DNA of 62,177 nucleotides, filler included, from Pseudomonadota bacterium (GTDB lineage: Bacteria > Bdellovibrionota_F > JAHFAK01 > JBDREC01): assembly GCA_043820105.1 (NCBI GenBank). It is 5 parts of 5 records of this genome, joined end to end, with 100 filler letters (N's around TTAATTAATTAA, not from the genome) between each part and the next. Parts side by side here need not be neighbours in the genome. Positions count along the whole stretch, not along the records: positions 8,116 to 38,879 come from JBDREC010000054.1; 4 more parts are not named here. The stretch is one strand, 5' to 3'. Position numbers and translations under genes: made by a program. Shown piece after piece: positions 19,168-29,532 of this stretch. The notes beneath the pieces were generated by a model. That model did no database searches. It was not told the DNA's origin and was given only the letters and a program-made list of their open reading frames with translations. Numbering within the stretch: the first letter of the stretch is position 1; each line of letters begins with the position of its first letter.

Positions 19168-21651
19168 TTATTCCTCTTTGCCTAAGTCTGAAGTATTTAA
19201 TTGAGGGTCAACAAGTTTGGGTTGTATTTCAAGTTGTTTGTTCTCTTCTTGCTCAAGCGCTTCCAGGCTTTCTCCAATTCGTTTTTGTCTTTCTTTGTCT
19301 TCCTTGTTTGTTTGTTCTTCTATTCGTTCTCTTTCATCTTCAGGAACAAAGTATGGAAGAGGTTTTACATCATAATAATAATTTTTTATTTTTTCTCTTT
19401 CATCAATATCATTTTCATTTAAGAACTGTCGTCTTTCTTGTACCTTTTTAAAGAATACACCACTTAAATCACTTGTATCATTTATTACATATGGTGTGAG
19501 AAATAATAGCAAGTTAGTTTTAGTTTTTGTGTTTGATGAATTTCTAAATAACCAGCCAAGCAAAGGAATATCTCCAAGTAGTGGAATTTTGGAAACAGTA
19601 TTTGTAATTTTATCACCAATTAATCCACCAATAACAACTGTTTGTTGATCTTTAACGACTACAGAGGTTTTTGCAGACCTTTTTGAAGTAGATGGTCCCA
19701 TACTTTGTATACTGGAGGGATCTTGGCCAGGAATTATTTCAACTACTTCTTCTTCAACATTCAATTTAACGTAATTTCTTGAACTAACCTGTGGTGTGAT
19801 TTTTAACTTGATTGCTACATCTTCTCTGGAGACCTGAATAACAGGGTTGTTATTGGCATCATACTTTGTTCCGGAGACAAAAGGAACATTTGATCCAACT
19901 AAGATTTCTGCTTCAGTATTATCAGTTGTTAAAATATGTGGAGTTGAGAGTATGTTGACTTTTGAGCTATTTGCAGCAGCTCTTAAGATCGCACCAACAA
20001 CAGGGATTGTTATATCGCTTGAGCCAGCCAGGTCAATTGTTGCAGTTTCATTACTATAAAAACCAAGTGCCATTCCAGTTAAAGTCATTGGATCAGATAG
20101 TCCAGATTCAAAACCGCCGAAAGTTGAGGCGAAAAAATTTCCAAAGGAAGATACACTGTCAAGTCCTGCATTACCAGTAACACCACCAATGTTATAGCCG
20201 GACCCAAGTGAGATTTCCATAATTATAGATTCAACAAAAACCTGAGGTCTCCATATATCAAGTTGATTAATGATTTTTGTTAGAGTTCGATAATCGTTAG
20301 GTGATGCTGTTATTACAAGAGAATTTGTTGGTATATCTGAAACAATGTTAACATCTCCTTCAAAGGCGATTGAATTATTTGGACCAGATGGTGCGCGTGG
20401 AGCACTTTTTCTTTTAGAGCTTGAATTGCTGCTAGAAGAAGGGCTTGTGCCTGAGACTAATGAGGTTAAAGTAGTCGCTAAGTCTTCAGATTTTGCATAT
20501 TCAAGTCTAAAGACATGGAATTTCCCTGAAAGATTATTATTATCTGGTGGTACGTCTAACCTTTTTATAACATCTTTAACTTTTTCTATTCCAGTTTCTG
20601 TTGCTAAGACTATAATGGAATTTGTTCTTTCATAAGGAATTATCTGAGAAACAGGTATTGAAGCCAGACCAACTTCTTCAAATGAATCGTCAGTTTTTTT
20701 AGTTTTGCTTTTACTTGTTGCTCTTTTTTTGTTGTTTTCATCATTATCTGGTTTAAAAATATCAATTAAATGTTCTGCAATTTCATCAGCTGCTGCATGT
20801 CTGACTGGTATTATTTCAAGACGTTCCTGGTAGCCTTTAACATCAAGCTTCGATATTATCTTATTTAGCCGTTCAATATTTTCTCTTGAATCTGTAACAA
20901 TTAAAGTATTTGTTGGTGAGTAGGAAATAACATTTCCTTCTTTTGAAACGAGCCCCTTAATTACTGAATAAATTTCACTGGCGCTAATATATTTTATTGG
21001 AATTAAGGTTGTCATAAATAAGTCTGCATAGGCCCATGTGGAATAATTGTCATTTGTAGCAGATTGTTTAGCTTCCCGACTTTTGATTATTTTTATAAAT
21101 TTGCCTTGTATAACAGTTGCAAAACCTTTTATTTCTAAGGCAGCTAAAAAAGCACGATAAGCTTCGTCAACCCTAAGCTTTTGAGGTCCAACAATTGTAA
21201 TTTTGCCTCTGACTGAGTCATCAAGGATGAAATTTTTATTAACAATGTTACTAACAGCTTTTACAACATCTTTTATGTCAACGTCATTAAAATCAAAGGA
21301 GTCAACAAAAAGTTGTCCATCTTTTTTAAAAGTTCCATCTGGAATATTTTCTTTTTTACTTGTTTCTTTTTCGCTAGAAGATGTTGGTGTTTCTTTTTCT
21401 TTTTTTGGCAGCGTTCTCGTTCTATCTCGGAAACTTGGAACTCTTCTTTTTTTAGACTTGATAGTTTCTTTTTTTGTATCATCCTTAATTGACTTATCTA
21501 AAACTTGTTCATTTGGCGAGTTTTCGGATGATGACTCGGATATTTCATCAATATCTTCTTCTGTTGGGTCTGTTTTGTCTTGCGCAAATAAAAAACTAAA
21601 AATAATTGATAGTGCAACAATCATTTTAATCATTTTTAAATTCATATACAT
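19168..21651 (-). CDS. gspD: T2SS secretin GspD
   Basis: Signal peptide, N-domains, PQVFVESIIME and KIPLLGDIPLLGWLF secretin motifs. Confidence 0.96.
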   Translation of the reverse strand: MYMNLKMIKMIVALSIIFSFLFAQDKTDPTEEDIDEISESSSENSPNEQVLDKSIKDDTKKETIKSKKRRVPSFRDRTRTLPKKEKETPTSSSEKETSKKENIPDGTFKKDGQLFVDSFDFNDVDIKDVVKAVSNIVNKNFILDDSVRGKITIVGPQKLRVDEAYRAFLAALEIKGFATVIQGKFIKIIKSREAKQSATNDNYSTWAYADLFMTTLIPIKYISASEIYSVIKGLVSKEGNVISYSPTNTLIVTDSRENIERLNKIISKLDVKGYQERLEIIPVRHAAADEIAEHLIDIFKPDNDENNKKRATSKSKTKKTDDSFEEVGLASIPVSQIIPYERTNSIIVLATETGIEKVKDVIKRLDVPPDNNNLSGKFHVFRLEYAKSEDLATTLTSLVSGTSPSSSSNSSSKRKSAPRAPSGPNNSIAFEGDVNIVSDIPTNSLVITASPNDYRTLTKIINQLDIWRPQVFVESIIMEISLGSGYNIGGVTGNAGLDSVSSFGNFFASTFGGFESGLSDPMTLTGMALGFYSNETATIDLAGSSDITIPVVGAILRAAANSSKVNILSTPHILTTDNTEAEILVGSNVPFVSGTKYDANNNPVIQVSREDVAIKLKITPQVSSRNYVKLNVEEEVVEIIPGQDPSSIQSMGPSTSKRSAKTSVVVKDQQTVVIGGLIGDKITNTVSKIPLLGDIPLLGWLFRNSSNTKTKTNLLLFLTPYVINDTSDLSGVFFKKVQERRQFLNENDIDEREKIKNYYYDVKPLPYFVPEDERERIEEQTNKEDKERQKRIGESLEALEQEENKQLEIQPKLVDPQLNTSDLGKEE

Positions 21652-21656
21652 TTTCC

Positions 21657-22583
21657 TTATTTTACTTCATAACTAAAGGTTTCTTTTTTCCCTCTTCTTT
21701 TTAAGTCTATTGAAAAATTGGATTCGTTTCTTAGTGTTTGAAAAAGAGTTAAGCTTGATTCAATATTGTTTATTTCGCTGCCATTTACTCTTTGGATGAC
21801 ATCACCATTTCTAATTCCAAGTTGTCTGTAAATACTGTCAGGCTTAATAGCCACAATTTTAAATCCTTCTGTTATGCCATTTACAATGTGAGGTATCGCC
21901 CTTGCTTGCCTAAGGATTGAATTAAGATCACTCAAGGTGGCGTCAAGTTTTTCTCTGGAAATTTCAAATTGATTTTCTCCTTTTTTTACTATTCCCTTTG
22001 ATGTTCCTTCTGAACCTGATGAGCCTTCTTTATTATCACTTGTTTGACCAAAAATATCCATGCCCTCAGATTCTAAATATTCTAAATGATCGTTTCTATT
22101 GAATTCAACAATATTTCTTCTGATTCTAACAACAGTAGCGTCTGAAAAACTATCTTCAATCATATAAGAATCAATTTCTCCTTTAAATTCAATAATGGCA
22201 ATAGACATGGAAGGATCATTTAAAACAAGTGTGCCAAGGAGTTTTGCATCTAAGGTGGTTTTTACACCTGTTTGAGTTAATACTTTTTTGCTTGTGCTTC
22301 TTTCTTCTTCAACCATTGCAGCTAGAGCATTCTCTGAATCAAAGATGTTTCTTTTAACAATGTACTTATATTCTGACTTTGATTGTCTTTTGTTTGGTAT
22401 ATTTTTTGCTTGAGATTTTTGAGAAGTTTTATTTTGTTTTTCCAGAACAGCAAAATTTGGAATAAGACTAATGTTAATTGCACGAGCAAATAAAAAAGAA
22501 CAAGTAGCAATAACAAAAAGGTTTAGTAAAAGGATTTTTTTGTTTATTATAATTTCAAATATTTTCATAATTTTATTCTTCAT
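21657..22583 (-). CDS. gspC: T2SS protein GspC with PDZ domain
   Basis: TM helix, RNIFDS, LLGTL HR domain, PDZ LGIRNGDVIQRVNG; the true start may be slightly downstream. Confidence 0.9.
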   Translation of the reverse strand: MKNKIMKIFEIIINKKILLLNLFVIATCSFLFARAINISLIPNFAVLEKQNKTSQKSQAKNIPNKRQSKSEYKYIVKRNIFDSENALAAMVEEERSTSKKVLTQTGVKTTLDAKLLGTLVLNDPSMSIAIIEFKGEIDSYMIEDSFSDATVVRIRRNIVEFNRNDHLEYLESEGMDIFGQTSDNKEGSSGSEGTSKGIVKKGENQFEISREKLDATLSDLNSILRQARAIPHIVNGITEGFKIVAIKPDSIYRQLGIRNGDVIQRVNGSEINNIESSLTLFQTLRNESNFSIDLKRRGKKETFSYEVK

Positions 22584-22600
22584 AGCAAAAATCGTGCTAA
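22584..22600 (-). promoter_or_regulatory. Candidate sigma54 promoter of the gsp operon
   Basis: TTAGCACGATTTTTGCT matches TGGCAC-N5-TTGC except GG>AG; IHF-like TAACATGCTGGAA at 22626-22638; palindrome TGACAAAATGTCA at 22698-22710. Confidence 0.55.
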
Positions 22601-22740
22601 GTTTATAATATTTTCAGTGCTTGCATAACATGCTGGAATTATTAAAATTAAGGCAAAAGGTAATTTTAATAATATAAGGAGTAATGATAGGTTTTTCTGA
22701 CAAAATGTCAATGTTAGTAATTTTATTTTAATTATGCTTG

Positions 22741-25700
22741 TCAATTTGTCAAGTAAGGCTTGATTTTATATTTTGCTAATTTTTTGTTTAAAGTATTCCT
22801 TGTTACGCCTAACATTTCAGCGGTTTTGGATTTATTTCCTTTAGTTTCCTTTATAGCGTTTATAATGGCGATTTTTTCTATTTCATCAAGGCGTTTGCTT
22901 TGGGTAATTTGTTCTATTGTTTCAAATTTTTTATTATACTCAATCAAAGATTCATCAATAATTTCATCATCTGAAAGAACTATTAATTTATTCACCTCAT
23001 TTTCTAATTCGCGAATATTTCCTGGCCAATCATAATTTGAAAAATATTTTAACAACTTTTTTGAAATCTTTTTTGGTTTTTCGCTTTTGTTTATAAAGTG
23101 ATCTACAAGCAATGGAATATCCTCTGTTCTTTCTCTTAATGGCGGTATATTTAATTCGATGGCATTAATTCTGAAATAAAAATCTTGTCTAAACGCTTCA
23201 TTTTTAACAAGTTGGGTCAGATTCCTGTGTGTAGCTGTAATGATTCGAACATCAATTTTTTGAGTTCTATCTGAACCAACTCTTCTTATTTCTTTTTCTT
23301 GTAAGACTCTTAAAAGCTTTTTTTGCATATTTAGTGACATTTCTCCAATTTCATCAAGAAAAAGTGTTCCTCCTTCTGCTTGTTCAAAGATGCCTTTTTT
23401 ATCTCTAATGGCGTCAGTGAAACTTCCTTTTACATATCCAAATAGCTCACTTTCTAAAATTGTTTCTGTAATTGCCCCACAGTTTTCAGCAAAAAACGGT
23501 TTATTTGCTCTAGTGCTTGCATTGTGAATTGCTTTAGCAATAAGCTCTTTTCCGGTTCCACTTTCTCCTGTTATTAGAATTGGGATATCACTATCAATAG
23601 TTTTTTCAATAGTGTCAAAAATAGAAAACATTTTTGGGCTTGTAGTGATAATTTTAGAAAAAACTCTTTTTGGATCTGTTATTTCTAAAGCCTCATTTTC
23701 TTCTTTTTCAAGAGGTTCAAAAGAAAGCTGTGCCTTGATTCCTTCTGGGGCATCTGAGGCTTTCAGCTCATTTGTCTTTGATTTGCCAATTATTGTAGCT
23801 GCAAGCCCTGCAAGAATGTTAATTTTATCTACATTCTTAGTTAGACTGATATCAATTTTTGGATTTTCAATATATAGAATGCCGATTATTTTTTGCTCAA
23901 AAACAATTGGGGTCGCCAAGAAATCTTGAATGTGCTTTATTGAGTCTATGGGATTTTGCTTTATGATTTCTAATATATCTTTTAAGCAAACAGTATTATC
24001 ATCCTGGCAAGCTTGATATATTATAGCTTCAATAAGTTTGGGTGATAATTCCCTTTCTGTTAACTTGTCTATACTTGACGAAACAGATTGCGAAAATCCC
24101 TTTGGGTTTATTAAAATTACGCTAGCATAGCTTCCTTTTCCAAATAAAAGAGCATTGCTTATTATTAGATTTAAGTTATTATCATCTGTTTGATTGGAAG
24201 ATATATTAGTTGTGATTCTCATTATTCTTGCAAGGACTTCACTTTCATCTAATTCTTCATCTGTTATTTTTACTTGATTCATGAAAGAAAAAGCATCTTG
24301 TAGGGTTGGTAAAATCATAAAAGGTAATTTTAATGTTGCTGGTATATATTTTTGAGTGCTTCTAATTTGGCTATTAATTTTTTCATAATAATATTTGTAT
24401 TTTTCTTTATTATTTTTCTTTAAATAATAATTGCCCAGTACTTCATAATATCGAAGTAATATTTGAAAATTCGTATCTTCTGCTTCGAGGTTTTCAATTC
24501 TATTGGCTATTTTTTCTGCACTATCTAAGTCATTGTGTTTAAGGGCTATTTTAAGGGCAATTGTGTTTGATTCAATAATAATTTTTCTGTCTTGATTTGA
24601 TACATTTCTTGCTTCTTCAAGGTAGTCTTCAATTTGATCGAGTGCACCTAGATTAATTTTACATGTCGCGATATTTAATATTGTTATACCAAGCTCAATG
24701 TTTCTACTAACTTTTTTTAATAGCTCACTAGCTTTTTCATAGGATTTAAGTGCATTAAGATAATCATTTTTAAATTGATAAATATCTCCCAGTAATGAGT
24801 AGCAGCTAGCGAGTAAGTGGAAGTTTTTTCTTTGCATTGCGAGGTTTTGTGCTTCTGATGCAAAAAAATGTGCATTTTCCATGTCACCTGTCTCTGAATA
24901 GATTAATCCCAGGTTAAAAAGGGAAATTTCAGCTCCTGAAGGAGACCCAAGATCTTGATAAATTGTGTTTGATTCCTTATATTTTTTTAAGGCATTTAGA
25001 TAGTTTCCCTGTCTTAAATAGCAATTGCCTATGTTTTGAAGCATCTGGGCTTTTCCAAAAATATCTGAAACTTCTTCTGCTTTTTTTAAGGCACTTTCAT
25101 GCCATTGTATAGCAGCTTCAAAATTTTCAAGCTGATAATATGCCAAACCAATATGGTTAAATGCTTTCATAAGGCCAGGCACATCATTGATTTTTTCTGC
25201 TAAATTAAGTGAAACAAGAAATTCATCCTTTGCCTTTTCATAATTTCCTGTATAGAATTCAACAAGACCATTTAAATTGTGAAGAATGCGTTTTTGTCCA
25301 GCACCAACGGCTTGGATTTTTTTTATTGAATCTATAAGCACTTTTGCTTCAGTATATTTTGTTACATTTATAAAGGAAGTTATTTTTAAAAACATAAGAT
25401 CTATTTTTGTTTCTAAATGATCTTCGTACTCTTCAATTTCTTTAATTGTCCTATCAATAAGTTCATTGCCCTCATTTATTTGACCCTTATTAATTTTGAT
25501 TTGGCAAAGATTCTTTTGAAGATTTATTCTCTCTAGGTCTGATTCAATATAATCATTAAGTAGCAGAAAGTTTTTTTCAGCTTTTATAAAGTCTCCAACT
25601 TTTAAATGGAAGTCACTTATTTTTAAGTAACAGTGTTTTTTGATTTTATTTCTTTCATCATAAGCAAGCGTATTAGAAGCCATTAAGATTGTTTCATATA

Positions 25701-27726
25701 AATTAACAGCTTTTTCCCAAAGCCCATTTTGAAAGTAAAAGTTTGCGACCTTGTTGTAGTATTCAATTGCTTTATCATTAATTCCTGCTTGAAGAAAGTG
25801 ATAAGCAATGTTTTCTTGATAGACATTTGAGTGAGTTGGATTTTCTTCAAGTTCCATTGCAAAATGTTTATGAATTTTTCTTGTTTGATTCTTGTCTAAA
25901 AATGTTTTTAAAGGTTCAAATATTTCCTTGTCTTCAATTATATATTCATCTTTTTTGTTTTCTTTAATTAAATTTAAGTCACCTAAGAGTTTAATTCCAT
26001 CAATAATTTCATTTTCATTTATTAGCGGATTATATCTTTTTAAAATGTTCAATATGAGCAGATTAGTTATACTAATATTTGAAGAAGCTATTATATAAAG
26101 GATGAGTCGTTGAATTTGATACAGGGTTTGAATTTTTGTTTTTTTGATTTCAATAAGGCTACTTGGCAGTTCATAATTTATTTTACTATTAAGGCAAATT
26201 GTTTTATTAATAACTTTAAGAATATTTTTGGCTTTTAAGTCTGCTATTAATGTTAATGCATATCCGGGATTACCTTTACTATAACGATTTAGAAACTGTA
26301 TTAACTCATTTGAAACCTTGTAGTTGCTTGCAGTGTCAATTATTTTGTTTTGAGTTTCAATATCTGTTCTTTTTAAATTAATATGTTGGCTTGTACCGCT
26401 TTGTGGAAACCGTTCTTTTATTAGTCTCTTAAATGAATTTATTTTTTCCTTATCTGTATTAAAGGTCAATAGCATGAACATCTTGTTTTCCAAGAGTTCA
26501 AGTTCTTTAAAATAGAGTTTTAAAAATAAATAAGAATCATGTTTAAGAAAATTACAGTTTTCTATAATTACTATTGAATCATTCTGTCTGTGTATTTTAT
26601 TTACATCTGCAACAAGCTTTTTTAAGAAAGCTGACCTTCTTGCATAGGATGAGTCTGTTATTAGGGAACTTTCTTTGTATGAGATTTTTTTATATGAAGA
26701 AATAAAGTTTATAATGTCGTCAATTGGCTCTGCTTCTGAGATTATAAGCCTGTAAACAGGGATCATGTCTTTAGAATTAAGTTTAACGAACTCATCAATC
26801 AGGGTTCTTTTTCCAATTCCAGTTTCACCATTAATAGAAAAAAGACATAGTTTTTTTTCAGAGTTTTTTTGCTGGATATAATTTGTTTGTAATTCATCAA
26901 TTTCTTCATCTCTTCCTGAAAAAGTTGGTTTTGTAAGGACTATTGTATCTTTTATATTATTTAAGGAAAATTTTTCCGCTTCTTTCAATTCCTTTTCAGC
27001 ATATTCTCTTTCAGTTAGTATCTTTAATTTTTCAGATCTTAATTTCAAAATAGAACTGCATTCTTCAGGAATGTATTTTTGAAAACTTTTAAAAATATAG
27101 TTAAAATGGGGTTTTGACAAATGTGTTTGTTTGCTTGTTTCGAAAAGGTAGCGTTTAGCATTTTCTTTTAGTTTGATAAGCTCACTTTCTATTCTTTTTT
27201 TCCAGCTGTTTGAAGCAATGACAAAATATTCAACGGATTTTTCAAGATTTATAGTTACTCTATTTTCTTCAACAGTAATATCTGCTTTTTTTAATTTTGA
27301 AATTTGTTCAATGGAAAGACCAAACAAGATAAATAATAGGAAAACTGATTTTCTGTTATCAGCAATATTTTCAATTTTATTTAAAAAGACACTTATATTG
27401 TCATCTGAAATTGATTCAATTTTATCAACCTTTTTAGTTTTTATCGCTTTAGCAAGATTTTTATAGTTATAAGTAGTTGATAAAAAATTATATAGGCTTT
27501 TTATAGATGAAATACATTGGTTTATTGTTCTTATTGAATAACCCGAATTTTTTATGTTATCTAAAATACTGTTTAAATCTTCGGCTGTTAGGTCTGCAAT
27601 TTCTTTGCTTGGATCCTTGTGCTCAAAGAATACTTCCAGTCTTTTTTTGTATTGCTCAATACTTTTAATGTTTATTTTTTTTGTTTCTAAGAGCCATTTA
27701 AAATATTCATCAAAAATAGGCTTCAT
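22741..27726 (-). CDS. Multidomain sigma54-dependent activator: inactive XerC/D-like domain + STAND NTPase + TPRs + GAF + sigma54 AAA+ + Fis HTH
   Basis: N-terminal integrase SAM-like and catalytic-like fold; FSGRDEE, GETGIGK and GNP STAND motifs; TPR repeats; GAF (TPIVFEQKIIGILYIEN); GESGTGKE, ESELFG-GSFTDA, LFLDEIGEM and WPGNIREL; C-terminal HTH. Confidence 0.88.
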   Translation of the reverse strand: MKPIFDEYFKWLLETKKINIKSIEQYKKRLEVFFEHKDPSKEIADLTAEDLNSILDNIKNSGYSIRTINQCISSIKSLYNFLSTTYNYKNLAKAIKTKKVDKIESISDDNISVFLNKIENIADNRKSVFLLFILFGLSIEQISKLKKADITVEENRVTINLEKSVEYFVIASNSWKKRIESELIKLKENAKRYLFETSKQTHLSKPHFNYIFKSFQKYIPEECSSILKLRSEKLKILTEREYAEKELKEAEKFSLNNIKDTIVLTKPTFSGRDEEIDELQTNYIQQKNSEKKLCLFSINGETGIGKRTLIDEFVKLNSKDMIPVYRLIISEAEPIDDIINFISSYKKISYKESSLITDSSYARRSAFLKKLVADVNKIHRQNDSIVIIENCNFLKHDSYLFLKLYFKELELLENKMFMLLTFNTDKEKINSFKRLIKERFPQSGTSQHINLKRTDIETQNKIIDTASNYKVSNELIQFLNRYSKGNPGYALTLIADLKAKNILKVINKTICLNSKINYELPSSLIEIKKTKIQTLYQIQRLILYIIASSNISITNLLILNILKRYNPLINENEIIDGIKLLGDLNLIKENKKDEYIIEDKEIFEPLKTFLDKNQTRKIHKHFAMELEENPTHSNVYQENIAYHFLQAGINDKAIEYYNKVANFYFQNGLWEKAVNLYETILMASNTLAYDERNKIKKHCYLKISDFHLKVGDFIKAEKNFLLLNDYIESDLERINLQKNLCQIKINKGQINEGNELIDRTIKEIEEYEDHLETKIDLMFLKITSFINVTKYTEAKVLIDSIKKIQAVGAGQKRILHNLNGLVEFYTGNYEKAKDEFLVSLNLAEKINDVPGLMKAFNHIGLAYYQLENFEAAIQWHESALKKAEEVSDIFGKAQMLQNIGNCYLRQGNYLNALKKYKESNTIYQDLGSPSGAEISLFNLGLIYSETGDMENAHFFASEAQNLAMQRKNFHLLASCYSLLGDIYQFKNDYLNALKSYEKASELLKKVSRNIELGITILNIATCKINLGALDQIEDYLEEARNVSNQDRKIIIESNTIALKIALKHNDLDSAEKIANRIENLEAEDTNFQILLRYYEVLGNYYLKKNNKEKYKYYYEKINSQIRSTQKYIPATLKLPFMILPTLQDAFSFMNQVKITDEELDESEVLARIMRITTNISSNQTDDNNLNLIISNALLFGKGSYASVILINPKGFSQSVSSSIDKLTERELSPKLIEAIIYQACQDDNTVCLKDILEIIKQNPIDSIKHIQDFLATPIVFEQKIIGILYIENPKIDISLTKNVDKINILAGLAATIIGKSKTNELKASDAPEGIKAQLSFEPLEKEENEALEITDPKRVFSKIITTSPKMFSIFDTIEKTIDSDIPILITGESGTGKELIAKAIHNASTRANKPFFAENCGAITETILESELFGYVKGSFTDAIRDKKGIFEQAEGGTLFLDEIGEMSLNMQKKLLRVLQEKEIRRVGSDRTQKIDVRIITATHRNLTQLVKNEAFRQDFYFRINAIELNIPPLRERTEDIPLLVDHFINKSEKPKKISKKLLKYFSNYDWPGNIRELENEVNKLIVLSDDEIIDESLIEYNKKFETIEQITQSKRLDEIEKIAIINAIKETKGNKSKTAEMLGVTRNTLNKKLAKYKIKPYLTN

Positions 27727-27962
27727 TTTTATCCTTCTTACATATAAAAATTCTTAGACTAATAATGTATACAAAAATAAAAAATATTTCAAAGTTATTT
27801 TTAAAATAATTATTATTTAATTATGTTCTAATAAGGTGTTTTTAATATAAAAAACATGGATATGTCTTGTATATATTTGAAAATAATGAAAAAAAACAAA
27901 TTGATTGTTTTTCGTTCGCTATTATAACTTGTTTGGATTTAGATTTCTAAAATTCTGCATAT

Positions 27963-27990
27963 TTGCTAATTTCCAATAATATGCTATAAT
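27963..27990 (+). promoter_or_regulatory. Candidate sigma70 promoter with extended -10
   Basis: TTGCTA-N16-TATAAT with TG one base upstream of the -10. Confidence 0.5.
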
Positions 27991-28010
27991 AAGTGAATAA
28001 AGGGGTTGAA

Positions 28011-29369
28011 ATGAAACGAATTGTGAATATTTTATTCTTAATTATTTTAATTTTTATTTTATCTTGTTTTGAACAAGAAAATTCCGATAATTCTGCATCA
28101 GATGATGCAGATAATGAAACTTCAGTTGTGCTAAGCCTGACAGGACAAATCAGTTCGGATTCATTATCCTCAAGATTTTCAGGGATTACAGATGTAAGCT
28201 TTACTGCTCGAAGTGAAATAACCTTACCAGTTGGTGTTCCAACACCAGGTATTATTACAAGAAACGACTTTAAATCAATAAAAAGCAGCTCAAATATTGA
28301 TATAGTAGCTTTAGTATTGGCAACTAATGAGGAAAATGTACCATTAATTGCTTCTCTAGTTTCAGAAGATGGCAGTTTTGAGCTTGAAATTGAAAATGAA
28401 GCGATCTTTAGGCTTTATGTTATTCCTGCGATTGATGAATGTACAAGTCTTGATATATCCTGCTTTATTGATTATGATGTTGTTTCTTTGTATAAAACCA
28501 CAAACAATGAATATGATTTTGCCTTTAATGCAAGTGTCGCTAAATCACTTTCACTTGGTTCTTTAAGTTTTGAAGACTATGATACAGTTGTTTCTCTTGA
28601 TGCGATTGATATTACTAGTGAACCTGAAATTGAAAGCTATGTCACTTTTAAAGATTCAGCAGAAAAAATGATTGCCTATTGGACCTTTAACGAGCAAACA
28701 GGAGCTGCTGTTTATAATAGAAAAGGTGATGTTGATGGCGAAATTCTTGGAGGGGAATGGGCAAGTCTTGATGATATGGAGGCTTATTATTTTGATGGAT
28801 ATGATGATTATGTGGATTTAGGAACAGTTCTTCCTGGTTCAAGTGAAATGACTAATAAAATGACCTTAGTTGCCAAGATCTATCCAATTACAATAGATAG
28901 CGAGCACAGGGCCGCTAATGGTACATATTCTACAATTTTAAGTAAAAAGATTTTTAGGGAAATTAAGGATGAGTCAGCTGAAGATAAATCAAGCTTTTGG
29001 TTTGGCTTAGAGTATAATCAGAATTTAAAATATTCTCTTATTTTAATAGTTGAAACTGAAAATGGAAGAAGCGAATTTATTTCGTCATTAGAAGTAGATC
29101 CTGATAAGTGGTCCTTTGTATCTGCTGTATATGACGCTGGACTTATTAACTTTTATGTTACCAATCAAGAAGATCCAAATCCAACATGTATTTCTTTTGG
29201 ATCCTTGGAAAACATTCAAATTGATGAAACAGTGCCTTTGAGAATAGCAAATAGTCAAAATTATGTTGAATCAACTGAAACCATTGAAAATAATAAGTAT
29301 TTTTATGGTTATATAGATATGGTTAGAATTTATAGTGTAGCAGTTATGGCTGATAATATAGTAGATTAA
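28011..29369 (+). CDS. Lipoprotein with C-terminal LamG/concanavalin A-like domain
   Basis: Lipobox ILSC; AYWTFNE, YFDGYDDYVD, WSFVSAVYD and FYGYIDMVRIY LamG-type motifs; start moved to the ATG at 28011. Confidence 0.8.
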   Translation: MKRIVNILFLIILIFILSCFEQENSDNSASDDADNETSVVLSLTGQISSDSLSSRFSGITDVSFTARSEITLPVGVPTPGIITRNDFKSIKSSSNIDIVALVLATNEENVPLIASLVSEDGSFELEIENEAIFRLYVIPAIDECTSLDISCFIDYDVVSLYKTTNNEYDFAFNASVAKSLSLGSLSFEDYDTVVSLDAIDITSEPEIESYVTFKDSAEKMIAYWTFNEQTGAAVYNRKGDVDGEILGGEWASLDDMEAYYFDGYDDYVDLGTVLPGSSEMTNKMTLVAKIYPITIDSEHRAANGTYSTILSKKIFREIKDESAEDKSSFWFGLEYNQNLKYSLILIVETENGRSEFISSLEVDPDKWSFVSAVYDAGLINFYVTNQEDPNPTCISFGSLENIQIDETVPLRIANSQNYVESTETIENNKYFYGYIDMVRIYSVAVMADNIVD

Positions 29370-29505
29370 GTCTAAACTTCAATTAAATCTTACATTTTTA
29401 ATATAATCAATTCTCACCTGCTTACAAAGTGAACATTTTTAATGAAACAGGATGTTTTGTTTTCGTAACATGCTGAAATTACAGGATATGGAGAAAGTCT
29501 ATTTA

Positions 29506-29521
29506 TGGCACACCAGTTGCA
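29506..29521 (+). promoter_or_regulatory. Sigma54 promoter
   Basis: TGGCAC-ACCAG-TTGCA is a perfect consensus match; IHF-like TAACATGCTGAAA at 29466-29478. Confidence 0.8.
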
Positions 29522-29532
29522 ATAGTAATATA

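Noticed and set aside
27007-27726. Integrase marking a prophage or island boundary
   Set aside because: Catalytic residues are missing, the domain is fused in frame to a regulator, and no att site or phage genes are nearby
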